Positions 1-10,839 of a DNA stretch of 64,000 nt are shown one piece after another; positions within the stretch are counted from its first letter, which is position 1, and each line of letters begins with the position of its first letter. A model generated the notes under the pieces. It was not told the DNA's origin. It searched no databases and saw only the letters and a list, made by a program, of their open reading frames with translations. The DNA lies in NCBI GenBank assembly GCA_963833575.1, contig CAWHXY010000006.1, positions 288,861 to 352,860 on the forward strand. The letters are read 5' to 3'. The position numbers and the translations under genes are program-made. The DNA is from Candidatus Bathyarchaeota archaeon (GTDB lineage Archaea > Thermoproteota > Bathyarchaeia > Bathyarchaeales > Bathycorpusculaceae).

Positions 1-316
1 AAATCGGGTCATGACCTGGAAAAATCTTTACTCCGAATATTTTGTTTTCTCGGAGAAGGACATCTAACTCTTCCAGCTGGGTTTTCATTTTTCTTTGAAT
101 ATCAACTGTACCCATAACGAATAGTTGGTGGCAGCCCTTAGCCACCTCTAAGACCTGCGTCAAGTTTCCAATAGTGGAAACAGGTTTGTTATCTGGAATC
201 AAAATGGCGTAGTCAATACAATTTTTTGTGAGTTCTTGAAGGAGTATCTCCCTGGAATGCTCAAAGGTTCTTCCATTTTGAAGGCGAGGCAAATGTTGGT
301 GACAGTCAATTATCAT
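1..316 (-). CDS. Amidohydrolase-family (TIM-barrel metal-dependent hydrolase), runs off window start
   Basis: Manual translation from ATG at 316: MIIDCHQHLP...IDYAILIPD...IFGVKIFPGHDP. The N-terminal DxHxH and GxKxxP motifs match amidohydro_2. Not in the ORF track because it is partial. Confidence 0.75.
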   Translation of the reverse strand, partial: MIIDCHQHLPRLQNGRTFEHSREILLQELTKNCIDYAILIPDNKPVSTIGNLTQVLEVAKGCHQLFVMGTVDIQRKMKTQLEELDVLLRENKIFGVKIFPGHDPI

Positions 317-726
317 TAAACCTTATTTGCAGATGACGTGCTTTTAAGTACTTCTTTAAAAACCGTTGAAAGCCAATTAAAGGCTTTGAACCCCATAGGA
401 TCCTAAGATCAAGTCAAAAATTGTACTGGGGGTGTGCATTAAAATCTAGTCCCAATCCAAACTAAAAGTAATTAAACAGAACGTTTTATTGTCTATTCAT
501 AGAGGTCATTTCCTCGATGTGATGGTATAAACTCGTTATTTATTGGTCTAAACGAGATTACATTGAATTTAGCCTCTTTATTTGGGTATTAATCTTTTGC
601 ATTTTAGGTGTGTTGAGCATGGTTCAGGGCAAGCCTCTAGAACTACCTTTTATGGCAGTTTTATCGTTTGTGATGATTCCAGTTGAACTTCTAATTATAG
701 TCATATTTCAGAAGTACAGTTCTCAC

Positions 727-1080
727 GTGAATGAAATACTGGAATATCCCTCTCTTCAACCTGCAGACTTCGATAATGAACAACCTCTTAAAAGCGGCAA
801 AATTCTGGTTTTTTTCTATGCCGAGTGGTGTCCTTTCTGCCGCAGTTCTTTTCATCAAATAGCTTCTCTTGACCCCATTTCCTACAAGGTCTTCAGAGTA
901 GACCTCTCAAACGAAGAGAACCCAATATGGAATTCCCTGAAGATCAGGAGAATTCCAACGCTAATCGCATTCTATAGTGGAAAAGAGTTCTGGAGAAGAG
1001 AGGCAACGTATATGATAGGCTTAAGAAAAGCCGATTTCAACGAAGCAGATTCGACTATAACGGCTAAAGTAGCAGAATAA
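727..1080 (+). CDS. Thioredoxin-family protein
   Basis: FYAEWCPFC (WCxxC) and IPTL motifs. The in-frame GTG at 727 is a more plausible start than 610. Confidence 0.8.
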   Translation: MNEILEYPSLQPADFDNEQPLKSGKILVFFYAEWCPFCRSSFHQIASLDPISYKVFRVDLSNEENPIWNSLKIRRIPTLIAFYSGKEFWRREATYMIGLRKADFNEADSTITAKVAE

Positions 1081-1421
1081 TGGTTTGAATGAATTGAGAT
1101 TTAATTCAAAAACAAATTCAATAAAATGCCCAAATGGTTATTTGAATCGAATGAAAAGAATAAACTGAGATTTTTCCCCAATCGTTTATTTACTAATCAA
1201 AGCATTCGCTTAGAAACTGAGCAAGGGAAAATGTATGAAGTGTGAACGATGCGGCAAGGTGTTTGCTGGGATGCCAATTGAAAGGGGAAAGCATTGGTGT
1301 CATAGTTGCACAGAATGTTCTATGTGCGGTAACAGCTGTCAATCTGCTTAGCTTATTTTTTTTTCATTTCTTTGAATCAAAAAACATATTAGTCTTTGAA
1401 ACTCTTTTTGCGTTTCATAGT

Positions 1422-2417
1422 ATGCTAGAACTTATCCTGTTGTTGCTGCTGAGCATTTTGATCGTTTTCATATCTGCATTGCTTTTCGTTAATGCTATAG
1501 AATTTCTCGGGAGCCAATACAAAATAGGTGGCCCTTTTGTTGGGAGTATCTTGTCTCCGCTTTTCACTTCGCTTCCTGAACTCATTGTGTTGATTGTCGC
1601 AGTATTTGGTCTTGGAGGAGTAAGCGGTGAAGCAATAGGCGTGGGGACAATATTTGGTGAGCCGCTTATGGCTTCAAGCCTATCTTATGGGTTAGTAGGC
1701 ATATTTGCACTTGTTGGCTACTTGCTGAAAAGGCGCGAACACAAATCGCTGCAAGTCAGCACTACTTTAGCTGTACCCTTCATTTTTGTTACTATACTAT
1801 TTCCTTTAACCTTAGTACCAGCCTTCATCGCCAACAGCAGCATTAGAATAGTCTTTGGTGTGGGCTTCTTGGCTGCGTATTTCGGGTATCTAATCTTAAT
1901 GTATCGCAGAAAAGGCATTGAACAGATCGAAAATGCAAAAGCGCCATACATATGCAAAATTATTCCTTCACAACCAGTTGGAGCCACCGTACAGTTAGTT
2001 ATTTCCGCAGTAATTTTGTATTTTGCAGCTCGCGAAATGGTTGGCTTAGTGAATCAAATTGCATTGGGACTTGGACTTAGTTTGATGGGGCTCGCAATAA
2101 TTGTTGTCCCAGCTGCTACGGCAATACCTGAGACTGCTAGCGCTTTAATTTGGGGTTTTAGAGGCAAAGACACCTTAAGTATTGCCTCACTTGTTGGCGA
2201 GAAGGTACTTTATACCACATTGTTCCCTGCAATTGGCTTGTTAGTTACAACATGGGTATTGGACATTCATGCGTATCTTAGTGTTCTCGGGACGACGGTA
2301 ATATCTTTAATAATGCTGTTCTTCATCTCAAGAAAGAAAATTCCATGGTGGGGTTTGACTTTAGGACTTTTCTTCTTTGTAGCTTATGCCATAATGATAT
2401 TCTGGTTAAGAATCTAG
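1422..2417 (+). CDS. Sodium/calcium exchanger (CaCA, YrbG-like) membrane protein
   Basis: Alpha repeats TSLPE and TAIPE, about 10 hydrophobic segments. ATG at 1422 is in frame with the ORF from 1242. Confidence 0.8.
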   Translation: MLELILLLLLSILIVFISALLFVNAIEFLGSQYKIGGPFVGSILSPLFTSLPELIVLIVAVFGLGGVSGEAIGVGTIFGEPLMASSLSYGLVGIFALVGYLLKRREHKSLQVSTTLAVPFIFVTILFPLTLVPAFIANSSIRIVFGVGFLAAYFGYLILMYRRKGIEQIENAKAPYICKIIPSQPVGATVQLVISAVILYFAAREMVGLVNQIALGLGLSLMGLAIIVVPAATAIPETASALIWGFRGKDTLSIASLVGEKVLYTTLFPAIGLLVTTWVLDIHAYLSVLGTTVISLIMLFFISRKKIPWWGLTLGLFFFVAYAIMIFWLRI

Positions 2418-2500
2418 AAGGAATCTTTCTTCCAACGCAAACACGGAATTGCCTAAACGACGTCAAAACGTTTAACTAATTCTTGTTTTTACCGTAAAGC

Positions 2501-2728
2501 ATGACGAACAAAATCGTTGCAGCTATAGCAAACAAAAAGTTCCTTGTTGATGCAATCGCGATGGCTATATTCTGGACCATAGCTTATACACCCGTCTACC
2601 TTTACACATCGAAGTCGCTCGATGCTGCCCTAATAGGTCTTGCAGCTTCTGCCCTTCTGGAAATCGGGCTTGGTGGAGTCTACGGTAAATTCTCCGATTG
2701 GCTGAGACACAAGTTAAAGGTCTCTTAG
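2501..2728 (+). CDS. Small membrane protein, AlaE (L-alanine exporter)-like
   Basis: Pattern VDAIAM...GGVYGKFSDWLR resembles the AlaE repeat unit; 2 TM segments. Confidence 0.45.
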   Translation: MTNKIVAAIANKKFLVDAIAMAIFWTIAYTPVYLYTSKSLDAALIGLAASALLEIGLGGVYGKFSDWLRHKLKVS

Positions 2729-2866
2729 GAATTTTAGTTTTCACGGGTCAGAAGGGATCAAACGTAGGTTTCTAATTCGTTTGAATTCATTTTCAAATAT
2801 ACTTGCTAAATAGAGAATAATTAAAATAGAAAGATCGCTGAAACTTGAACATCATAAAGGGAAAGT

Positions 2867-3736
2867 TTGAGTATGCTAGAAATGCTAGATGAAAGTGAGA
2901 ATTCGCCTTTCTTAAAAGCCACCCAGCATACTTTCGCCATTTCGGATTCGATTTCTCTGAAAGTCTATTCTAGTACTAATCCAGAAAACATGAAAATCGC
3001 CGGTTTACAGAAGGGCTTGGTTCTTCTTTGTGATGGAACTGAGGTTATCGGGGAAGGGACAGGTTTTGGGGTCCCGATTGCTAAATACTCTGATGAAACA
3101 GTCTTTTCAGGTTCATCATCGCTTTATATCCGCAGGCGGGGAAACAGTGTCGAAATTCGAAAAGAGTTTCTCATGGATCTGGTAACCAGAGATAGATTCC
3201 GAAAGATCAAACTTAAAATTCCCTGAGTACGAACGTTATCTGATTTTTTTTGCTTGCAATATCAGAGGCATAAGCATCTTGTTCGACCAGTCTTAAATGT
3301 GAGAAGTTTATTCCTAAAGTTTGGAATAAAGTCAAGCTTTGAAAAAAGACCCCACAAAGGCACAATAATAGTTACTTATGTTATGAAGAAAAATCGAATT
3401 CAGGTGAAACTGAACTTTAGCAACCTTGAACAAACTGATCTTGGAAAAGTTTTTATTTTGAACGAACAGGGAGCACATTTCTTTAGGACTTACTCTGATT
3501 CAGAAGGCTTGAGGCTTGTTGATGAGGATATCGGGGCTTGGGACAGCGTAACTGCGCAATCAGCGAAAATAGCAAATGAACAAAACAAAATAGGGTTCAG
3601 TCTCAAGAGCTTAGAAGGGAGCATGTTAAAGCGAGGAAGGGAACTGATGGAAGGTTCTTTGAACTGGATTGGTCTAGATTATGAACTTGAACCGGAAAAC
3701 TGCCATTTTGAGTATGAAATTGAACTTTTTGGTTGA
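2867..3736 (+). pseudogene. Hypothetical protein interrupted by one in-frame TGA (3224-3226)
   Basis: ORFs 2867..3226 and 3254..3736 are in the same frame and the intervening codons are open (..KIP*VRTLSDFFCLQYQRH..). Confidence 0.65.
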
Positions 3737-3943
3737 CATCAAGTGGACTATAGATTTCTCCTCGCAAAGCAAACACAAAACGTGAAACAAAGTTTTTTGA
3801 GCAAAAGATGAACCTATTTTAAACAAAAAATAGTAAGAATGCAACTCAGATTCATTGCGAAATCGCCATTTTCTTGGGCAGTGGAATCGATGAAAAACCT
3901 TATTAGCTGAACAGGACAAACTCCACTTTGGAGAAGGAATTAG

Positions 3944-4282
3944 ATGGTTTATTGTCCAAAATGCGGTACGATGAACGATGATTCCGCGGAGTTCTGCGTT
4001 AAATGCGGCGCTTCTTTACGCACTGGCACATATGAATCACGACGCTATGAGCGAAGAAGAGCCCAAAATGAATGCTTTGGTCTTCCCCATGGTGGCGCAA
4101 TTTTTGGACTTGTTATCGGAATAATAGTAATAATATATGGTGTTCTTTTGCTCGCGCAGCAGATGAATTGGATCAGTGCATCGGCTAACTACCTTTGGAT
4201 TGTGATAGTAATCGTAATAGGAGTACTCTTGATTGCTGGCGCACTCTACCGGATGAATCGACCAAGGCCAAGCCAAACTTAG
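3944..4282 (+). CDS. Zinc-ribbon domain membrane protein
   Basis: CPKCG...CVKCG at the N-terminus plus two TM helices. Confidence 0.8.
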   Translation: MVYCPKCGTMNDDSAEFCVKCGASLRTGTYESRRYERRRAQNECFGLPHGGAIFGLVIGIIVIIYGVLLLAQQMNWISASANYLWIVIVIVIGVLLIAGALYRMNRPRPSQT

Positions 4283-5010
4283 GATGAGTTTATACTGCAG
4301 GCTTTTAAGGTGCATTCAGTGCATATTCTGCGATGATCCCATCGAGAGAGAGCCGTATCTGTTACAAGCCAAAGTGTACTCAACAAAACAAAGAACAGAT
4401 CGATCGAAGTATTTTGCAGTGAGCTGTCTACGCTTGCGATTATAAGGAAAGCCCCCAAAGCAAAAACCGTGCTTGCAGCGAAGCGGGAAAAACCGATTTT
4501 GAAACCTGGCAGAATTGAGTGCAATAGACCTATTGTTACTCCGAAGGCACCTAATGTTAGGGGTATGAAGGGCGCCATTGCGAAGCTAAGGGGACCGAAG
4601 AAAAACAATACGACACCGATTAAAGCAATGACTGCGCCAGTGGAAAAGCCTGTGCATGTTGCACAGAGAATCTTGCCCCAGACTTTCAAAACATGTGCAG
4701 AATAGTTTCCGCATGAAGGATGATGGCCGAGGATGGTTGGACGGCGCAGTCTTTGCGAATCATTTTCATGGTTTGTCACTTTTTCGTAATCCAACACTCT
4801 CAAACAGTTGTCGGGATAAATCGAGGCGAATGTTCCTATTACGCAGAGGAGACCAAAAATCGAGCCTATGAGGGGTTTTCGCAATTCAAAGTCATCAGGA
4901 GTTTTTCCTGAAAGAAAAACAAGTACGAAGGAAAGAGCAAGCCCAAAGAATGATATACAGAGTAGGAACATCAGACTTGAATCGATAGGTAAATTTATTT
5001 TTTTAGACAT
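4279..5010 (-). CDS. Cys/His-motif membrane protein (DUF2085-like)
   Basis: GHHPSC...H...LCATCTG and a C-terminal CxxC..C; about 6 TM segments. Confidence 0.55.
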   Translation of the reverse strand: MSKKINLPIDSSLMFLLCISFFGLALSFVLVFLSGKTPDDFELRKPLIGSIFGLLCVIGTFASIYPDNCLRVLDYEKVTNHENDSQRLRRPTILGHHPSCGNYSAHVLKVWGKILCATCTGFSTGAVIALIGVVLFFFGPLSFAMAPFIPLTLGAFGVTIGLLHSILPGFKIGFSRFAASTVFALGAFLIIASVDSSLQNTSIDLFFVLLSTLWLVTDTALSRWDHRRICTECTLKACSINSS

Positions 5011-5022
5011 GAAATCAGCAGA

Positions 5023-6450
5023 CTAGACTATGCTCTCAAGTTGTCTTATAACACCTTGACGAGCCATGTAGCGGTATACCCTTCTTTTCACTTTATTCTT
5101 TGCAAAAACGCCCTTCAACAATCTACTCCCTGAACCATAGAACGATCTGTAACAATCAGTAAGTTCACGCTGGACCCGCTCTCTCGTCAAAGTATTAGTT
5201 GGCATGGTGGCGTGTACCATATCATAATTAGCCCAGTTAAAATCTTCAATCCAGCCATTGCTCTTAGCTTCCTCGTAAAGGTCAGTTCCAGGAAAAGGAG
5301 TCAGAACCATGAAGATAGCTATGTCAGGATCAATATCATGAATGAAAAACCTTAACTCCTTTATCGATTCAGCCGTATCATGACGGTTTCCCACAATGCA
5401 TGTTGCCTGCGAGAATATTCCATTTTGCTTTAGAAGTTTTACAGCTGTAGAAGCGTCTTCCGGCTTGGTGCCTTTGTGAAAACTATCAAGGGTTGTTTTG
5501 CTTTGGCTTTCCACTCCAAGTAGGAACCAAGTGAATCCAGCTTTACTCAATTTTTCTACTATTCTCGGGTTTTTTGCAGCATCGTCACATCGTACTTGCA
5601 TAAAGCAGGTTATGTCTTTGGAGAATTCTCGTTTGATAAGTTCGTCACAGAGGTCTTCGGTTCGTTTGTTCAAACCAAAGTTGTCATCTGTTAACCATTG
5701 GAATTTGCTACCATAGTTGTTATAGAGATATTCCATTTCGTCAGCTACGCGTTTCACAGATTTGTGACGCAAAGTGCCTTGCCAATGTTTCCATTGAGAA
5801 CAGAAGCTGCAGTGATTAGGGCATCCTCGGGAGGCTTCTACAATGCCATATTTAGCTTTGGATCCAGCCATCATCGTGAAGTGGTAGCGATCAGCGAAGC
5901 CCTTCACGAATCGGTATCCTGGAAAAGGTAACTGATCGAGGTTTTCAATCAGTGGACGTGGACGGTTGTGGAAGATTTGTTTTCCATGCCTATAAGATAG
6001 ACCTTTGATGGCTGAGTAGTTTGATTTTTCTTTCACTGCTTTAACCAATTCCAGAAATGTTTCTTCGCCTTCACCACGTATTATAACATCGATTTCCGGG
6101 TAGGCTTCCAGACTTTCCTGAGCTAAAGCAGTGAAGTGTTGTCCACCTGTTACTGTAACGATATTGGGCTTGAGTTTCTTCGCGAGTTCTAGGGTTCGAG
6201 CTGTGATGTAAACGTTGCAGGTTGCTAGCCCACTCGCAGCCACTATGTCTGGATCAAACGTTTTCATGTGTTTTTCCAGTCCAGACCAATCCAAAGACAT
6301 CGCTTGGCAATCTAAAACTTCAATGTCCACATCTTCCATCTTTTCAGCTATATAGGCGGCGAGCTGAAGAATTCCATAAGGCGGAGGAAGATACTCACCC
6401 ATAACAAACCAGTAATCCTTAGGTGGCTCAACAAACTGAACCCTTACCAA
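5023..6450 (-). CDS. Cobalamin-binding radical SAM protein (class B methylase/BchE-like)
   Basis: N-terminal B12-binding domain (PPYG, GGQH, GEGE), SRGCPNHCSFC CxxxCxxC motif, GVES, TPFPGT. Confidence 0.9.
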   Translation of the reverse strand: MVRVQFVEPPKDYWFVMGEYLPPPYGILQLAAYIAEKMEDVDIEVLDCQAMSLDWSGLEKHMKTFDPDIVAASGLATCNVYITARTLELAKKLKPNIVTVTGGQHFTALAQESLEAYPEIDVIIRGEGEETFLELVKAVKEKSNYSAIKGLSYRHGKQIFHNRPRPLIENLDQLPFPGYRFVKGFADRYHFTMMAGSKAKYGIVEASRGCPNHCSFCSQWKHWQGTLRHKSVKRVADEMEYLYNNYGSKFQWLTDDNFGLNKRTEDLCDELIKREFSKDITCFMQVRCDDAAKNPRIVEKLSKAGFTWFLLGVESQSKTTLDSFHKGTKPEDASTAVKLLKQNGIFSQATCIVGNRHDTAESIKELRFFIHDIDPDIAIFMVLTPFPGTDLYEEAKSNGWIEDFNWANYDMVHATMPTNTLTRERVQRELTDCYRSFYGSGSRLLKGVFAKNKVKRRVYRYMARQGVIRQLESIV

Positions 6451-6635
6451 ATCAATACTCCCAAATATTCACTGCATGATTGTTTTGTTGAACTGATATT
6501 TATTTGAAAGTCTAATTATGCTTTGCCGAAGCACACGTTTGGCCAAAGCCATCTGAAACAATACCAAAAACCTTTCATATACCCTTTTTCCAAATTACCA
6601 ATACTTTATTCCTCTTCGTTAACAGGTGATATGAC

Positions 6636-7517
6636 ATGAAAATAGCCCGCTACAAATACAATGACAAAGAATACTACGGCATAATGCAACCTGAAAGATT
6701 GCTTTGCATACAAGAACTTGCAAAGCGCTTCAAAACGGACCTGCCAAACAATATAGAGGCTTTCATTGCAGATCAAACAGCTCAGAAAACAGCAGAAGCT
6801 TTGCTTACGAAAGCAAAAAAAAGTGACATTGACGAAATCTCTACTCCCTTGAGCGAAACAAGACTTTTGGCGCCAATAGTTTCACCGCCCAAAATTCTTT
6901 GTTTAGGCTTAAACTTTGCAACGCACGTGACTGAAACCAAAGAAAAGCGACCCAAAGAACCCGTGATCTTTATGAAGCCACACAGTGCCATAGCGGGACC
7001 AAACGACAAAATCATCAAACGGCCCTTTGTAAAGGAACTTGACTACGAAGGTGAGCTAGCAATAATCATAGGCAAAAAAGCCAAAGATATCCCTGTTTCA
7101 GAGGCGCTTAACTACGTTTTCGGTTACACCATACTAAACGATGTCTCAGCTCGGGACTTCCAGTTCAAAGGCAGCCAGTGGACTCCGGGCAAAAGCTTCG
7201 ACACCTTCGCACCTACGGGACCGTGCATCACAATGGCAACACAATTGCCTGACCCCAGTAACCTAAGCATCAAAACATGGATAAATGACGAACTCCGACA
7301 AAACGGTAACACATGTGACATGATTTTCAGTGTAGCTCAAGTAATCTACCACCTCAGCAGGGTCATGACACTCGAACCATGTGACATAATCGCAACAGGT
7401 ACCCCATCAGGAGTGGCAATGGCCATGAAACCCCAAAAATGGCTAACCGCCGGCGACGTGGTTCGAATAGAAATCCAAGGAATTGGCACAATAGAAAACA
7501 CTGTTGAAGAAAGATAA
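6636..7517 (+). CDS. Fumarylacetoacetate hydrolase family protein
   Basis: KILCLGLN, LDYEGEL, NDVSARD, GKSFDTF, TGTPSG motifs. Confidence 0.92.
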   Translation: MKIARYKYNDKEYYGIMQPERLLCIQELAKRFKTDLPNNIEAFIADQTAQKTAEALLTKAKKSDIDEISTPLSETRLLAPIVSPPKILCLGLNFATHVTETKEKRPKEPVIFMKPHSAIAGPNDKIIKRPFVKELDYEGELAIIIGKKAKDIPVSEALNYVFGYTILNDVSARDFQFKGSQWTPGKSFDTFAPTGPCITMATQLPDPSNLSIKTWINDELRQNGNTCDMIFSVAQVIYHLSRVMTLEPCDIIATGTPSGVAMAMKPQKWLTAGDVVRIEIQGIGTIENTVEER

Positions 7518-7665
7518 CCATGCTTCCACAATTGAAGTATCTTTGATCATTATGCTAAACACTTTTTGAGTAAAAAAATATAATAACACCAAAAATACAA
7601 AAACGTAAACCATCCTTGCCTGTTTGCTTCCAGATCGAAAGCTAACAAGCTGAAGAAAATTCGGA

Positions 7666-8913
7666 TTGGACCTAACATTGTTTAGCAGCTATCAAGGCTT
7701 ACAAAGGGACGCAAAATACTTAATTATCCAGTCGATACTACCGGCTGTCGCATATGGACTGTTTTACACCGACATATCCTATTTTCTTACAACCATCCAA
7801 GGCTTGTCATATAGTTTAATGGGTCTAGTAATTACCACCATGGGCGTATCTACATTCATATCAAGCGTACCCCTAGGAATACTAGCTGACAAATATGGAC
7901 GGAAAAAAACACTTATTTTAGGAAACATGATCGCTGGTATAATAATCGCTGTTTTCGCATTCACAATAAACCCAGCAGCACTTCTAATTGCAGCGGTTTT
8001 TGAGGGAATCTCTGAAGCAGCATTCTCCGCCTCCAGCGGCGCATTGCTTGCAGAACACGCGGACTCCGAAAACAGAAACAGCGTCTTTTCACTTAATGGC
8101 TTCGCGAATAGCATGGCCTTCGGCATCGGAAGCTTAGCAATATCGGCGACAGTAATCTTTCAACTTCTAGGATTCTCTAACAAGTTAAGCCATGGTTTGC
8201 TTTACGTAACTTTTGCTTCACTTAGTCTAGCTTCAACCTTTATCTTGCTAAAGGTCAAAGAATCTGACAGAAGCAAAAAAACAAAAAAAGTAGAAGCTTC
8301 AAATGAAGCTAAAGCTTCACATAAAAGGTCAACAAACGTTTTAGCAAAATACGTTCTGACAAGCGCAATAATTGCCTTCGGCGCAGGTATGGTAGTACCT
8401 TTAATGACAGCCTGGCTCAGGCTTCAATACGGCATTCCAGACATTGTCAGTGGTCCCATACTTGGCATAGTAAGCATTGTCATCGGAGTTGCAACCCTTG
8501 CAGGTCCGCCGCTCGCAAAGAAGTTAGGTTTAGTGAAAGCTATTGTTGTCACTCAGGCAGCATCAACTATTTTCATGTTTGCAACGCCTTTGTCGGGGAG
8601 TTACATAATTGCTAGTTCCGTTTACTGTGTCCGAGCTTTTCTAATGAACATGGCAAGTCCTCTGTCGCAGTCATTGATTATGGGTTTGGTTGATGAAGAT
8701 GAACGTGGAATGGCTTCAGGAGTCAACGCTGCCCTTTGGAGGCTTCCTAACGCTTTAAGCACTTTCATAGGCGCTTACTTAATGTCCATAGGATTGCTAG
8801 CGCTTCCTTTCTTTTTGGCGACCGCTCTCTATTCAGCATCAATAGCGCTTTTCTGGTGGTATTTTAGGAAAACTAAAATGCCTGAAGAAAAAGCAAAGTT
8901 AATTTCTGTTTAA
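7666..8913 (+). CDS. MFS transporter
   Basis: Motif A GILADKYGRK; 12 TM segments. Confidence 0.9.
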   Translation: MDLTLFSSYQGLQRDAKYLIIQSILPAVAYGLFYTDISYFLTTIQGLSYSLMGLVITTMGVSTFISSVPLGILADKYGRKKTLILGNMIAGIIIAVFAFTINPAALLIAAVFEGISEAAFSASSGALLAEHADSENRNSVFSLNGFANSMAFGIGSLAISATVIFQLLGFSNKLSHGLLYVTFASLSLASTFILLKVKESDRSKKTKKVEASNEAKASHKRSTNVLAKYVLTSAIIAFGAGMVVPLMTAWLRLQYGIPDIVSGPILGIVSIVIGVATLAGPPLAKKLGLVKAIVVTQAASTIFMFATPLSGSYIIASSVYCVRAFLMNMASPLSQSLIMGLVDEDERGMASGVNAALWRLPNALSTFIGAYLMSIGLLALPFFLATALYSASIALFWWYFRKTKMPEEKAKLISV

Positions 8914-9942
8914 AATTCTCTCGATTGCGTCTATAGTTGTTTCTATATGTTCTTTTTCTATTCCTCGATGAGTTACTATTCTAACTCTGTTTTTTGCTTG
9001 AGCTAGAGCTAAAATGCCTTCTTGTTTGAGATCTAAAAGGAACTTGGCGCAGTCGATTGATGAATCAAGATCGAATGTGACCATGTTTGTTTGGACGTTT
9101 TTTAAGTTAATGTTGACTCCTTTGATGTTACCTATTTTTTCAGCCAGCAAGCGGGCGTTTTCGTGGTCTGTTTTTAACCTGCTGATCAGTTTTTCCAATG
9201 CTAATATACCTGGTGCAGCGATTATTCCGGCTTGGCGCATTCCACCGCCCAATAGTTTTCTTGTTTTCCTTGCCTTTTGGATAAAATCCTGAGAGCCAAC
9301 GATTAAAGAGCCTACGGGGCAGCTTAATCCTTTAGATAAGCAGAACATCAAATTATCAACATGTTTTGTAAACTCTTTTACATCAACGTTCAAAGCGACT
9401 GCAGCGTTGAATATTCTTGCGCCATCCATGTAGACTTTCAATGAGTGCTTTTTTGCTACTTCACTGATCGCTTCCAACTGCTTTGGGGCAATGATTAATC
9501 CGCCATAACGGTTATGAGTATTTTCCACACAAACCAAAGAAGGCACAGGATAATGAATATTCTCTGGTCGCAACGAGGCTTCTATTTGTTCTGGTTCAAA
9601 CGCTCCAGTGCCTGTTTTTATGGTCCATGGAAGCAAACCAGCGATTGCAGCTACCCCGCCAACCTCATACCAGTAAATGTGTGATTCAGCTTCAAGCAGC
9701 ACAAGTTCACCTCTATTGCAGTTGCTCATAAGCGATGTTAGGTTGGCTTGAGTTCCGCTTGGAACAAGAAGAGCTGCTTCTTTGCCCATTTTTTCCGCTG
9801 CCATCTCTTGAATCCTATTCACAGTAGGGTCTTCACCGTAGACGTCGTCGCCGAGCTTAGCTTGTTTAATAGCTTCAAGCATTTCTTCTGTAGGCAACGT
9901 TACTGTATCACTTCTCAAGTCAATAATTTCATTGATAGGCAT
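8899..9942 (-). CDS. ltaE: Low-specificity L-threonine aldolase (PLP)
   Basis: DLRSDTVT, GDDVYGEDPT, SGTQAN, DGARIFN, CLSKGL (PLP lysine), GGGMRQ. Confidence 0.93.
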   Translation of the reverse strand: MPINEIIDLRSDTVTLPTEEMLEAIKQAKLGDDVYGEDPTVNRIQEMAAEKMGKEAALLVPSGTQANLTSLMSNCNRGELVLLEAESHIYWYEVGGVAAIAGLLPWTIKTGTGAFEPEQIEASLRPENIHYPVPSLVCVENTHNRYGGLIIAPKQLEAISEVAKKHSLKVYMDGARIFNAAVALNVDVKEFTKHVDNLMFCLSKGLSCPVGSLIVGSQDFIQKARKTRKLLGGGMRQAGIIAAPGILALEKLISRLKTDHENARLLAEKIGNIKGVNINLKNVQTNMVTFDLDSSIDCAKFLLDLKQEGILALAQAKNRVRIVTHRGIEKEHIETTIDAIERILNRN

Positions 9943-10089
9943 TTTGTTTCCCTTAATAGTGCCTTAGTTTAGCGATGCTAATTAATTTTTCATGCATTTA
10001 CTTTCTCGAAGCCTGCAGAAAGTTGGCATTCGGAAGTTTTTTGCCTATATCAGAAATACTTTAATTTAGTTTAATTCTTATTCAAAAAG

Positions 10090-10302
10090 ATGGAAGGCAC
10101 CAGAAAGCGCTCTGTTATCAAATCAATAGTTTGGAGAATTATTTGCATAGTTGTAAGTATCTTAACAACTTTCTTGCTTACTGATAGATGGGATCTTGCA
10201 GTGTCTATCGGGACATTATATAACGCAATAACTATGGTTCTGTATTATTTTCATGAAAGAATTTGGAATAGAATTAAATGGGGTATGAGGAAGTCAGACT
10301 AA
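10090..10302 (+). CDS. DUF2061 small membrane protein
   Basis: RSVIKSIVWR...LYYFHERIWNRIKWG signature. Confidence 0.85.
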   Translation: MEGTRKRSVIKSIVWRIICIVVSILTTFLLTDRWDLAVSIGTLYNAITMVLYYFHERIWNRIKWGMRKSD

Positions 10303-10402
10303 AGTTCTCTTTGGTGCTTGCAGAGAAAATAAATTATTAATTGGATCGAAAATCAAATAAGCAAAGTGGGCTCGATATATATAAGAAGCTTGAAGATCGG
10401 TC

Positions 10403-10804
10403 TTGAGTTTTATGACGAAACGTTTTTCCGGGTGGATGAAGCTTCTGCTCATTGCGGCGGGTTTTTGGGCAGTTTTGATACTTCTGGACGTACTTGTCGT
10501 CTACCTCTATGGACCGCAGATTTGGAATTATGCAGGCTATTTCTTTGGGGATAACTTGAAGATCACTGTTGGTGTAATAATGTTTATTGAAGGCACAATT
10601 TTACTATCTCTAGGTTCTATATGGGCTTCTGGAGCAATGGAGACTGTTTTTCAAGGAGGCAACCTTAAAACTAACCCATATTATCGTAAGGACGACTGGA
10701 AACAGCGCAAAGAAGAAACGGAGAAGCAAAATGTTGCGGGCAAAATCATATTGTTAGTTGGTGGTCCCATCTTGGTAGTGTCTTTTTTTGTAGTTCTGTT
10801 GTGA
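10403..10804 (+). CDS. Hypothetical membrane protein (3 TM)
   Basis: ORF with three hydrophobic segments; layout similar to 18329..18688. Confidence 0.6.
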   Translation: MSFMTKRFSGWMKLLLIAAGFWAVLILLDVLVVYLYGPQIWNYAGYFFGDNLKITVGVIMFIEGTILLSLGSIWASGAMETVFQGGNLKTNPYYRKDDWKQRKEETEKQNVAGKIILLVGGPILVVSFFVVLL

Positions 10805-10839
10805 AAAGAGGAGTCTTGAGGCAAAGTTTGAAACATAAT

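Noticed and set aside
3224-3226. Selenocysteine recoding of in-frame TGA codons (also 54634)
   Set aside because: The positions are not Cys-like catalytic sites and no SECIS or sel genes were seen.
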